Origin: Candidatus Latescibacterota bacterium
Lineage (GTDB): Bacteria; Latescibacterota; UBA2968
DNA length: 32,161 bases
Direction: 5' to 3'
Assembly: GCA_038279365.1 (NCBI GenBank)
Contig: JAYODI010000011.1
Span: 13,395 to 45,555 of the forward strand
The position numbers and the translations under genes were made by a program. The notes beneath the pieces were generated by a model. That model saw nothing but the letters and a program-made list of their open reading frames with translations. It was not told the origin of the DNA and did no database searches. Shown piece by piece: positions 18,073-27,107 of the stretch (position 1 is its first letter; every line of letters starts with the position of its first letter).

Positions 18073-18130
18073 AAAAGTCAGACGCCAAAAGGTAAATATT
18101 TCTTCGTTTGCCTTTTGGCGTTTGACTTTT
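18073..18130. repeat. 24-bp inverted repeat between the two tRNA-Ser genes (probable terminator or processing hairpin)
   Basis: AAAAGTCAGACGCCAAAAGGTAAA-N10-TTTGCCTTTTGGCGTTTGACTTTT; 22 of 24 pairs are Watson-Crick. Confidence 0.8.
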
Positions 18131-18139
18131 TGTATTTTA

Positions 18140-18227
18140 TGGCGGTGGGGGTGGGATTCGAACCCACGGACCCGTGAAGGTCAACGGTTTTCAAGACCGC
18201 CCGATTCAACCGCTCTCGCACCCCACC
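18140..18227 (-). tRNA. tRNA-Ser(TGA), CCA encoded
   Basis: Reverse complement GGTGGGGTGCGAGAGCGGTTGAATCGGGCGGTCTTGAAAACCGT...GTGGGTTCGAATCCCACCCCCACCGCCA, anticodon TGA. Confidence 0.96.
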
Positions 18228-18238
18228 GCATAGGGGGA

Positions 18239-18267
18239 AGTATAGAAAAGCACCCCAACTCTGTCAA
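18239..18267 (-). promoter_or_regulatory. Near-consensus sigma70 promoter of tRNA-Ser(TGA)
   Basis: TTGACA-N17-TATACT, ending 12 nt before the tRNA 5' end. Confidence 0.8.
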
Positions 18268-18500
18268 GCAGTTTGTCCATACTTAAAAGAGGGGGCAAAA
18301 AACAATAACACGCTATTTTTACATGCGCTTACCCAAATACATCTGCCATCTTCAAAGCGCGTGTATCACACAAAAAAGCGGTTGCCTTGCCCATACCATT
18401 CGTGTATTTTTAGACAACTAAAACACCTTCAGAAGCCTTGAGCAAACCCAAACAATACAAATTCTGTCCTCATTTCCATCCTTTGCCATAAACGCATTTT

Positions 18501-20099
18501 ATGGATGCAATCCCACTTGTCACCGGTGCACAAATGGCGGCCATTGATCGCCGTGCCATAAACAGTGGCATTTCGGGCATAGACCTCATGGAATTGGCAG
18601 GACAAGGTGTGGCATACGCAGCCAAAAGCTTGCTTAACGGGCTGGCCAACCAACACATTGTGGTGTTGTGTGGCAAAGGCAACAACGGTGGCGATGGGTT
18701 TGTATTGGCCCGATTGGCGGCCCAACAAGGTGCTTTTGTTCATGTTTTTCTTTTTGCATCCCCTCAAGATGTTCAAGGAGATACAAAAGCCCATTTAGAA
18801 CGCATCACACATCTCCCCATAACCTGCGTTTTATCCAAAGAGACCCTTTCTTCCGTTCACAGGGCATTGCATCAAACAGATCTCATTATAGATGCCTTAT
18901 TGGGCACAGGCATCAAAGGGGCACCACGTGGCCTCATTGCACAAGCCATAGACCTGCTCAAAAAAGCAAAATCTCCCATCATTGCCGTTGATGTGCCATC
19001 GGGCATGAATGCCGATACGGGGTTTGGAGATTGTGCCATTGCAACCCAAACCGTCACCTTTGCCTGCCCGCGCATCGCACACTTTTTTTATCCTGGGCGG
19101 GCTTCTTGTGGGCATTTATACCTCGTTGATATCGGCATTCCCCAAACGGCAATTCGCGCCGAAAACAGTTCGCTCTTTCTCATAGATGCCCAATGGGCAT
19201 CCCAAGCTCTGCCCAGTCAAAAACCCGATGCCCACAAAGGCGACAGAGGGCGTGTGTTTATTTTGGCAGGGTCTGTAGGCCTCACGGGAGCCGCTGCATT
19301 ATCTGCAACTGCCGCCTTACGTGCTGGATCGGGCTTGGTAACGCTCGGCATTCCCAAAAGTCTCAATGATATTTTAGAAGTCAAAGTGACCGAGGCCATG
19401 ACCTGCCCGTTGCCAGAAGTGCGAAAAGCCCGTTGTTTGGCGCTGCGTGCCCGTGGTGACATGGCTCCCCACTTGGCCAAAGCAGATGCCATTGCCATAG
19501 GCCCAGGACTTGGCACACACAGAGAAACCATTATCTTAATACATCGGCTCATTGAAGACCTCACCAGTCCCACAGTGCTTGATGCCGATGCACTCAATGC
19601 CTTGGTTGGGCATTTGGATATCCTTAAAAATTGCTCTGTGCCTTTGGTGCTCACACCCCACATGGGTGAATTTGCACGTCTTACTGGTCAAAGCATCAAA
19701 GAGGTGCGTCAAAACCCCATCACATCGGCCAAACATTTTGCACAACAGGTAGGCCATATCGTTATTTTAAAAGGTGCGCCAACCCTTGTTGCACACCCCA
19801 ATGGATGTGTTTATGTCAACCCAACGGGCAATGCTGGAATGGCCACAGGTGGCACGGGCGATGTGTTAACAGGCATCATTGCCTCACTCATTGGGCAAGG
19901 GCTAACACCCCATACAGCAGCCCAACTGGGTGTTTATGTGCACGGTCTTGCAGGTGATTGGGTGGCCACACATCACGGACAACACAGCCTTATTGCAAGC
20001 GATATCATCCAAGCACTTCCAAAAGCATTTCAAGCAACAGCCAAATCCCAACACCCAAACCCATATTGGACACAAATAAACCCATCCAAACCCTATTGA
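18501..20099 (+). CDS. nnr: Bifunctional NAD(P)H-hydrate epimerase/dehydratase
   Basis: LMELAG, CGKGNNGGDG, DALLGTG, AVDVPSG, HKGDRG, GPGLG, DADALN, TPH.GEF.RL, GNAGMATGGTGDVLTG. Confidence 0.96.
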   Translation: MDAIPLVTGAQMAAIDRRAINSGISGIDLMELAGQGVAYAAKSLLNGLANQHIVVLCGKGNNGGDGFVLARLAAQQGAFVHVFLFASPQDVQGDTKAHLERITHLPITCVLSKETLSSVHRALHQTDLIIDALLGTGIKGAPRGLIAQAIDLLKKAKSPIIAVDVPSGMNADTGFGDCAIATQTVTFACPRIAHFFYPGRASCGHLYLVDIGIPQTAIRAENSSLFLIDAQWASQALPSQKPDAHKGDRGRVFILAGSVGLTGAAALSATAALRAGSGLVTLGIPKSLNDILEVKVTEAMTCPLPEVRKARCLALRARGDMAPHLAKADAIAIGPGLGTHRETIILIHRLIEDLTSPTVLDADALNALVGHLDILKNCSVPLVLTPHMGEFARLTGQSIKEVRQNPITSAKHFAQQVGHIVILKGAPTLVAHPNGCVYVNPTGNAGMATGGTGDVLTGIIASLIGQGLTPHTAAQLGVYVHGLAGDWVATHHGQHSLIASDIIQALPKAFQATAKSQHPNPYWTQINPSKPY

Positions 20100-20142
20100 A
20101 GACCCCAAAGTCTTTTCACTCTTAAAATTTTTTACTTTCATT

Positions 20143-20643
20143 ATGCGCTCAAACGAATACATTGAAGAAGCGATAGAAGAGTCTTATCTCATTGGTCTCA
20201 ATGAAAAAGAGATTCGTGCCAATCTGGATCAATTCATCGATATTTGCGGTCGCATCATTCGCGAACATGTACACGACAAACAAAAAATGCAAATATTGGC
20301 CGAAAAATTGGCACGTGCACGCGCACTAAGTTTAATTGAAGAACGCCAAGATGGTGAGTGGAACGAAATCCAACCCACGACACCACAGCCAAATCTTGCC
20401 GAGCGCGTAGCAAGAAACAAACGGCTCATTTTGCGTGCCATTTCCGAATGTGATCCCCAACTGGTTGAAAAAATAGAAAAAGCACGGTTTCCAAAAGACG
20501 AACTCAAAATGCCCAAGTTAAACCCTTGGGAAGGAACCGTAAGGGTCGGAAAACCACGTAGTTTGTTGTTCAAAATTGGCTCTCTCGCAGTGATACTCAT
20601 TATCTTACTACTCATTTATCTTTCTCTTTTACAGCATGTGTAA
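20143..20643 (+). CDS. Hypothetical protein with a C-terminal transmembrane helix
   Basis: 166-aa ORF filling the gap between nnr and carB; charged helical body and a hydrophobic tail IGSLAVILIILLLIYLSLL. Confidence 0.75.
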   Translation: MRSNEYIEEAIEESYLIGLNEKEIRANLDQFIDICGRIIREHVHDKQKMQILAEKLARARALSLIEERQDGEWNEIQPTTPQPNLAERVARNKRLILRAISECDPQLVEKIEKARFPKDELKMPKLNPWEGTVRVGKPRSLLFKIGSLAVILIILLLIYLSLLQHV

Positions 20644-20771
20644 ATCCATTAACTTACATCATCTATATAACTTGTGATGTGCCTGCGCCCCCCGCATGTG
20701 GGTTGCAGGCATTTCTATGGTAAGCCAACATACGAACAAATCCTTCACAAACAATTAGCTGAAAGCCTTTT

Positions 20772-22223
20772 ATGCCCAAACGTACCGATATCAAAAAGAT
20801 TATGCTCATTGGCTCAGGGCCTATTGTCATTGGACAAGCCTGTGAATTCGATTATTCTGGCACCCAAGCCTGCAAAGCCCTTCGAGAAGAAGGATATGAA
20901 GTCATCTTGGTCAACAGCAACCCTGCCACCATCATGACCGACCCCGAAATGGCAGATCGCACCTATGTCGAACCCGTAACCCCCGAGGTGTGTGCAGCCA
21001 TTATTGAAAAAGAACGCCCCGATGCACTCTTGCCAACATTAGGTGGACAAACAGGTCTGAACACCGCAATGGCTTTGCACGAACAAGGTGTTCTTGAAAA
21101 ATTCAATGTCGAAATGATCGGTGCCAAACCCGACGCGATTGAAAAAGCTGAAAATCGCGAAAAGTTCCAACAAGCCATGCGCAAAATCGGTTTGGACTTT
21201 CCCAAAGGTCGTTTTGCCTATACACTCGATGAAGCGTTGGCAGTGATTGACGAAATTGGATTTCCAGCCATTATCCGCCCCTCTTATACACTCGGTGGCA
21301 CAGGTGCAGGGACGGCATACAACCTTGAAGAATATAGACTGGCAGCCGCACGTGGCATCGACCTGTCTCCCACATCTGAAATTTTGGTTGAAGAATCGAT
21401 CATTGGTTGGAAAGAATACGAACTTGAAGTGATGCGCGATCACAACGACAACGTGGTCATTATTTGTTCCATTGAAAATGTAGATCCCATGGGTGTACAC
21501 ACAGGCGATTCCATCACGGTGGCTCCTGCGCAAACACTTACCGACAAAGAATACCAGGTCATGCGCGATCAGGCCATTGCCTGTATTCGTGAAATTGGTG
21601 TTGAAACCGGTGGTTCCAATGTTCAATTTGCGGTCAACCCCGACGATGGTCGGTTGGTCATCATTGAAATGAACCCACGGGTTTCACGCAGTTCGGCATT
21701 GGCATCCAAAGCCACGGGTTTTCCCATTGCCAAAATTGCCGCCAAACTCGCCGTGGGATACAGCCTCGATGAAGTACAAAACGACATCACCCGCGAAACC
21801 CCAGCATCTTTTGAACCCACCATTGATTACTGTGTCATCAAAATTCCACGTTGGACATTTGAAAAATTCCCCCAAACAGTTGACTCACTGGGCACACAAA
21901 TGAAATCGGTGGGTGAAACCATGGCCATTGGTCGAACGTTTAAGGAAGCACTGCAAAAAGGCTTGCGGTCTCTCGAAATTGGCCGCGCCGGATTTGGTGC
22001 CGATGGCAAAGACCACAACATTCAAGAACTCTCGCGCGAAGCCTTAGAACACGGGTTGCGTGTGCCCAACTCACAACGCATGTTTTTTATCAAAGCCGCA
22101 TTCGATATGGGTTTGTCGGTCAACGACATCTTTGATGCCACCAAAATAGACCGGTGGTTCTTAGAAAACATGCGCGAAATTGTTGAAGTCGAAAAAGAAC
22201 TCGCCGCATTAATGACACCCTAA
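20772..22223 (+). CDS. carB: Carbamoyl-phosphate synthase large subunit, N-terminal part (483 aa)
   Basis: [55 protein letters not shown]. Ends inside the oligomerization domain at ...MTP*. Confidence 0.95.
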   Translation: MPKRTDIKKIMLIGSGPIVIGQACEFDYSGTQACKALREEGYEVILVNSNPATIMTDPEMADRTYVEPVTPEVCAAIIEKERPDALLPTLGGQTGLNTAMALHEQGVLEKFNVEMIGAKPDAIEKAENREKFQQAMRKIGLDFPKGRFAYTLDEALAVIDEIGFPAIIRPSYTLGGTGAGTAYNLEEYRLAAARGIDLSPTSEILVEESIIGWKEYELEVMRDHNDNVVIICSIENVDPMGVHTGDSITVAPAQTLTDKEYQVMRDQAIACIREIGVETGGSNVQFAVNPDDGRLVIIEMNPRVSRSSALASKATGFPIAKIAAKLAVGYSLDEVQNDITRETPASFEPTIDYCVIKIPRWTFEKFPQTVDSLGTQMKSVGETMAIGRTFKEALQKGLRSLEIGRAGFGADGKDHNIQELSREALEHGLRVPNSQRMFFIKAAFDMGLSVNDIFDATKIDRWFLENMREIVEVEKELAALMTP

Positions 22224-22278
22224 TTTGCCGTCTGCCGCTCAACATTCACACTTACACAACCAGACAGAATACCATCTT

Positions 22279-24090
22279 ATGACCAAACAACATACCTTTG
22301 AAGACCTCAAATCGCGCATCTCACGCAATGATCTTTTAAAAGCCAAAAACTATGGCTTTTCAGATCGTCAATTGGCAAATATCTGGAAATCAGACGAATG
22401 GACCATTCGTGCATTGCGAAAAGAAATGGGTGTATTGCCTGTTTATAAAACCGTAGATACCTGTGCTGCCGAGTTTGAAGCCTATACACCCTATCACTAT
22501 TCAACATATGAATCGGAAACCGAAGCCTTTCGCTCTGATCGCAAAAAAATCATGATTCTCGGTGGGGGCCCCAATCGCATTGGGCAAGGCATCGAGTTTG
22601 ATTATTGTTGCTGTCACGCATCTTTTGCCCTTAAAGAAGACGGATATGAAACCATCATGGTTAACTCCAACCCCGAAACCGTCTCCACAGATTACGATAC
22701 CTCAGACAAACTCTATTTTGAACCCTTAACAACCGAAGATGTGCTCAATATTGCAGATCTGGAACAACCCGATGGCACCATTGTACAATTTGGTGGACAA
22801 ACCCCATTAAACCTTGCCCGAGATCTTGAACGCGGCGGGGTAAAAATTGCGGGCACATCGCCCGATGCCATAGACTTGGCAGAAGACCGCAAACGCTTTG
22901 GCGCGCTCATTCAACAACTCGGCATTCGCCAACCCGAAAACGGTACCGCAATAAATGCCGACGAAGCCATTGCCATTGCCGAACAAATTGGCTACCCTGT
23001 GCTTGTGCGCCCTTCCTATGTATTGGGCGGGCGAGCTATGGCCATTGTCTATGATCGCGATGCGCTTATTTCTTATATGCGCAATGCCATTGATGCATCA
23101 CCCGAACGCCCCATACTCATAGATCGCTTTCTCGAAAACGCACAAGAATTTGACGTCGATGCCGTGGCCGACGAAACAGCTGTGGTCATTGGTGGCATTA
23201 TGCAACATATTGAAAGTGCAGGCGTTCATTCTGGAGACAGCGCGTGTGTATTGCCGCCTTATTCCATCTCCGACAACAACCTCGCCGAACTGCGCACCCA
23301 CACCCATGCCTTGGCCAAAGCCCTCAACGTTGTTGGGCTCATGAACATTCAATTTGCCATTCAAGATGGCAATGTCTACATCATTGAGGTCAACCCTCGG
23401 GCTTCGCGTACGGTTCCATTTGTGAGCAAATCCATTGGTGTGCCACTGGCCAAAATAGCCGCACGCGCTATGGTTGGGCGCACCCTGAAAGAGCAAGGAT
23501 TTACAGAAGAAGTACACATGAAACATATAGCCGTGAAAGAAGCCGTTTTGCCCTTTAACAAATTTCCGGGTGTCGATACCGTTTTGGGCCCAGAAATGAA
23601 ATCAACAGGTGAAGTCATGGGCATCGACTACGATTTTGGTTTAAGCTTTCAAAAAGCACAATTGGGTGCAGGTGTGCGTTTGCCCGTAGAAGGTACCGTT
23701 TTTGTAAGCGTCAATGACCGCGACAAAGAAGCGGTCATTCCCATTGCCAAAAAATTATCCGAACTCAATTTTAAGTTGGTTGCCACACGTGGTACGGCAG
23801 CCCATCTTCAAAAACATGGTGTCCCATGTGACGAGATTCTCAAAATTCAAGAAGGACGTCCCAATATTCTTGATGCCATCAAAAACGACGACATCGCCCT
23901 TATGATTAACACACCCGCTGGCGAACAATCTCAAACCGCAGATCCAGAAATTCGCCGTGCGGCCATCCAATATGGTTTGCCCTACACCACCACATTGGCA
24001 GGTGCCATTGCAGCGGTAGAAGGCATTGCATCTTTAAAACGCAACAACAAAGTGAGTATTTTGTCGCTTCAAGAGTATCACGCACAATAA
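22279..24090 (+). CDS. carB: Carbamoyl-phosphate synthase large subunit, C-terminal part (+1 frame relative to the N-part)
   Basis: GFSDRQLA, YKTVDTCAAEF, GGGPNRIGQGIEFDYCC, EVNPRASRTVPF, MGS domain, SLQEYH. First ATG at 22279; frame open from 22216. Confidence 0.93.
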   Translation: MTKQHTFEDLKSRISRNDLLKAKNYGFSDRQLANIWKSDEWTIRALRKEMGVLPVYKTVDTCAAEFEAYTPYHYSTYESETEAFRSDRKKIMILGGGPNRIGQGIEFDYCCCHASFALKEDGYETIMVNSNPETVSTDYDTSDKLYFEPLTTEDVLNIADLEQPDGTIVQFGGQTPLNLARDLERGGVKIAGTSPDAIDLAEDRKRFGALIQQLGIRQPENGTAINADEAIAIAEQIGYPVLVRPSYVLGGRAMAIVYDRDALISYMRNAIDASPERPILIDRFLENAQEFDVDAVADETAVVIGGIMQHIESAGVHSGDSACVLPPYSISDNNLAELRTHTHALAKALNVVGLMNIQFAIQDGNVYIIEVNPRASRTVPFVSKSIGVPLAKIAARAMVGRTLKEQGFTEEVHMKHIAVKEAVLPFNKFPGVDTVLGPEMKSTGEVMGIDYDFGLSFQKAQLGAGVRLPVEGTVFVSVNDRDKEAVIPIAKKLSELNFKLVATRGTAAHLQKHGVPCDEILKIQEGRPNILDAIKNDDIALMINTPAGEQSQTADPEIRRAAIQYGLPYTTTLAGAIAAVEGIASLKRNNKVSILSLQEYHAQ

Positions 24091-24157
24091 ATTACGAGAA
24101 GGGAAAACAATCCTTCTTTTGCGTGTTTATTGTCATTTCATATCCGTTAGACACCCT

Positions 24158-26206
24158 ATGACGCCCACATTCCGTCACATCTTCATTTGCCTTTTTTGCG
24201 CCATCACATTGGCATCTTGCAAAAGTGTGTACTACAACACTTTTTACAATGCCAAACACAGCTATCAATTAGCCGAGCAAACGCGCAAAGATTCGGAAAC
24301 ACCAGGCAGTCGTTTAACCCCAGCAGTCTATCGCGAGCTCTACAAACGCACCATTGCCAAAGCTTCTGCGGTGCTGGAACTCTATCCCAAAAGCAAGTGG
24401 GTCGACGACGCGCTCTTGCTCATTGGCAAATCGTTTTATTGGCGTGAAGAATACAGCGATGCACTCACCAAATATCAAGAACTTCAAGAAAACTTTCCCA
24501 AAAGTGCCTTGTTGTCTGAAACCATTTATTGGCAAGGGCTCACATTATGGGCATTGGATCGTCCAGAAGAGGCCCGTTTTTCATTTTCGTATATCAACGA
24601 AAGTGAAGAGCCCGAACTCTTTGGCTTGGCCAACCTGGCATTGGCCGAAATGGAAGCCGAATCGCAAAACCACGAATCGGCCATTGAAGCCTATCAAAGT
24701 CTTATTGTTACTTTGGGCAAAAAACACAAATTACTTGCCCATGCTTGGCAAGGCATTGGCAACAGTCTCTACGAATTAGGACGCTATGATGAAGCCTTAG
24801 ATGCTTATAAAAATGTGCTCGCGTCCAACCCCGAAAAACAAATCAACTTTGACACACGCCTCCAAATTGGCACCACCCTTGAAAAACAGGGTAAGTTGGA
24901 CGAAGCTTTAGCGGCATACGACAACATTCTCAAAATCAAACGCCTGCGCATTTATGAAGCAGAAACACAACTCAAACAAGCCAATGTTTATCGCACCAAA
25001 GAATTTTATGCCGTCTCAGAAGAAACATATAACCAAGTCATTCAAAAATATCCGCGCAGCAAATACAGTGCTGAAGCCTATTACCGAATGGGCCTCATCA
25101 GCCAACAAGTGCACAAAGACCTTGAAAAAGCCAAAACGCTCTTTGAAAATGCCAGCAAAGAAAGCCGTCAATCAGAAGCAGGCGAAGCAGCCCTTCAAAG
25201 ACGCAAAGATCTCATGCTGTTAGAGCGGTATCGCCTTCAAGCCGACGACGCCAAAGACCCACAAACAGCCATTGTGCCACTTTTCAATTTGGCAGAGCTG
25301 TATCTCTTTAGCTTGGGTGAAACCGACTCGGCACTGGCTACTTACCAACAAGTGCTCACCTTGGCAGATACCACATCGTTTGCCCCCAAAGCACTTTATG
25401 CCATTGGTCTTATTTATGCCGACAGTTTAAAAAATGATTCTGCTGCAAGCGAAAACTTTCAAAAACTCATCAACGAATATCCCAACACACCCTATGCCAT
25501 AGATGCACGAAAACGCATTCAACAAAATCGTACAGACGATGCGTTGGCAGAAGCACAATTTCTCGAAGCTGAAGACCTCAAACGAGAAGGTCTGCCCCCC
25601 AGTGATTACATGCCTCTCTTACAGCAAATTGCCACAGAGTATCCCAAAAGCCTCTATGCCCCACAGGCACTTTTTGCTGTTGCCTGGGCATATGAAAATG
25701 ATTTGGATGAATTAGACAAAGCCAAAAATATTTATCAACAAGTTGCCGATCATTACCCGCTGACGCGGTTTGCAGAAATTGCCACCGAAAAACTTTCGGG
25801 TGATTTTTTAATGCCGCCCAAACCCAAAGAAGCACCACAAGATTCGACACACCAACCATCACAAAAAGCACCATCAGAACCTGCACCAACAGGTTTGCAA
25901 TCACCCTCAAATTTGGAAATCATAGATATCAAAGAAGCAGATTCTCCTCCCGAATTGATATCTTCAAGACCACCCCAATATCCCGCTTCGGCAGAAAATG
26001 ATGGACGCCCCGTTACGGTGGTCGTACGCTTGCTCGTTTCACACGACGGCACCGTTAACAAAGCCGAACCGGTGAGCGGCCCCAAAGCCTTTTACAGCGC
26101 AGCCATTTTATCGGCCGTCAAATATCAGTTTCGCCCAGCACAAAAAAATGGCCAAGCTCAAAGTGTTTGGATCGAACTCCCCATGACCTTTCTTCCACCA
26201 GATTAA
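24158..26206 (+). CDS. TPR-repeat lipoprotein with Pro-rich linker and C-terminal TonB domain
   Basis: Signal peptide and lipobox LASC; YYNTFYNA...YPKSKWVDDALLLIGK; many TPRs (YP.S.Y..EA); C-terminal PQYP..A...VVVRLLVSHDGTV..A...A.KYQFRPA.KNG. Confidence 0.85.
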   Translation: MTPTFRHIFICLFCAITLASCKSVYYNTFYNAKHSYQLAEQTRKDSETPGSRLTPAVYRELYKRTIAKASAVLELYPKSKWVDDALLLIGKSFYWREEYSDALTKYQELQENFPKSALLSETIYWQGLTLWALDRPEEARFSFSYINESEEPELFGLANLALAEMEAESQNHESAIEAYQSLIVTLGKKHKLLAHAWQGIGNSLYELGRYDEALDAYKNVLASNPEKQINFDTRLQIGTTLEKQGKLDEALAAYDNILKIKRLRIYEAETQLKQANVYRTKEFYAVSEETYNQVIQKYPRSKYSAEAYYRMGLISQQVHKDLEKAKTLFENASKESRQSEAGEAALQRRKDLMLLERYRLQADDAKDPQTAIVPLFNLAELYLFSLGETDSALATYQQVLTLADTTSFAPKALYAIGLIYADSLKNDSAASENFQKLINEYPNTPYAIDARKRIQQNRTDDALAEAQFLEAEDLKREGLPPSDYMPLLQQIATEYPKSLYAPQALFAVAWAYENDLDELDKAKNIYQQVADHYPLTRFAEIATEKLSGDFLMPPKPKEAPQDSTHQPSQKAPSEPAPTGLQSPSNLEIIDIKEADSPPELISSRPPQYPASAENDGRPVTVVVRLLVSHDGTVNKAEPVSGPKAFYSAAILSAVKYQFRPAQKNGQAQSVWIELPMTFLPPD

Positions 26207-26293
26207 ATGCAAAAATTACAGCTTCTCAATTATTTTACATAGACAGATCCTGTATTTTAAGATTTTGCATTTTTAATTTTGAATTGTTTTTCT

Positions 26294-27088
26294 ATGCCCG
26301 AAATATCCAACTTCATTCAAGAACCTGCCACAATTGTCCAAAACGAGCCCGTGTCTCAAGGCGTTTATCTCATGCGCCTTGAATCTCCTCAAATTGCCAA
26401 AGCCATTCAACCTGCGCAATTTGTTCAGATTTTGACCGACCCAGGGTTATCGCCTTTTTTGCGCAGACCATTTAGTGCACTGCGCGTGCAGGGCCATACA
26501 TTCGACATCATCTACGATGTCATCGGCCCCGGTACCGAACGCATGCAACAAGCCAAAGCGGGCGATACACTCAACATCAGTGGGCCATTGGGGCAACCTT
26601 TTCACCCCCCAAAAACCAAACGCATCTTGCTCGTAGCAGGCGGTGTGGGGTTGGTGCCATTGGCATTTTTGGCTTGGCAACATCCTGACCGGCGCACCGA
26701 CATGGTCTATCTCATGGGAGCAGCAAACAGCACCCGCATGCCCAATATGGATGCGCTCTTGCCTCAAGATCTCACGCGTTATTTGGCAACCGATGATGGC
26801 AGTGTGGGGCACAAAGGATTTGTAACCGAACTGATCGCCGATCACGTCATCACCAACGACACCACCATTTTAACCTGTGGCCCACACCCCATGATGGCAC
26901 GTGTAGCCGCAATTGCTGCCGACCTGAACATACCGTGTTATGCGTCACTTGAAAACCATATGGCCTGTGGCTTTGGTGCCTGCGTTGGTTGTGTGGTCGA
27001 ATACAAAAACTTTGAAACCGACGACAGACGCTATCGCAGAGCTTGCTTAGAAGGTCCTGTTGTAGATGCTGCCGCCATTGTTTGGTAA
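26294..27088 (+). CDS. pyrK: Dihydroorotate dehydrogenase electron transfer subunit
   Basis: LRRPFS, GPLG, AGGVGLVP, TDDGS.G.KGFVT, CGP.PM, MACGFGACVGC...CLEGPV (2Fe-2S). Confidence 0.95.
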   Translation: MPEISNFIQEPATIVQNEPVSQGVYLMRLESPQIAKAIQPAQFVQILTDPGLSPFLRRPFSALRVQGHTFDIIYDVIGPGTERMQQAKAGDTLNISGPLGQPFHPPKTKRILLVAGGVGLVPLAFLAWQHPDRRTDMVYLMGAANSTRMPNMDALLPQDLTRYLATDDGSVGHKGFVTELIADHVITNDTTILTCGPHPMMARVAAIAADLNIPCYASLENHMACGFGACVGCVVEYKNFETDDRRYRRACLEGPVVDAAAIVW

Positions 27089-27107
27089 TGACCCTTTAGG
27101 AAAACAG

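Noticed and set aside
18140-18227. tRNA with TGA as a possible opal suppressor or tRNA-Sec
   Set aside because: Anticodon TGA reads UCA (Ser). A suppressor or Sec tRNA would have anticodon TCA, and Sec a longer acceptor stem.
20641-20771. PyrR attenuator or known riboswitch upstream of carB or pyrK
   Set aside because: I see no PyrR binding-loop consensus or recognisable aptamer, only a plain hairpin.
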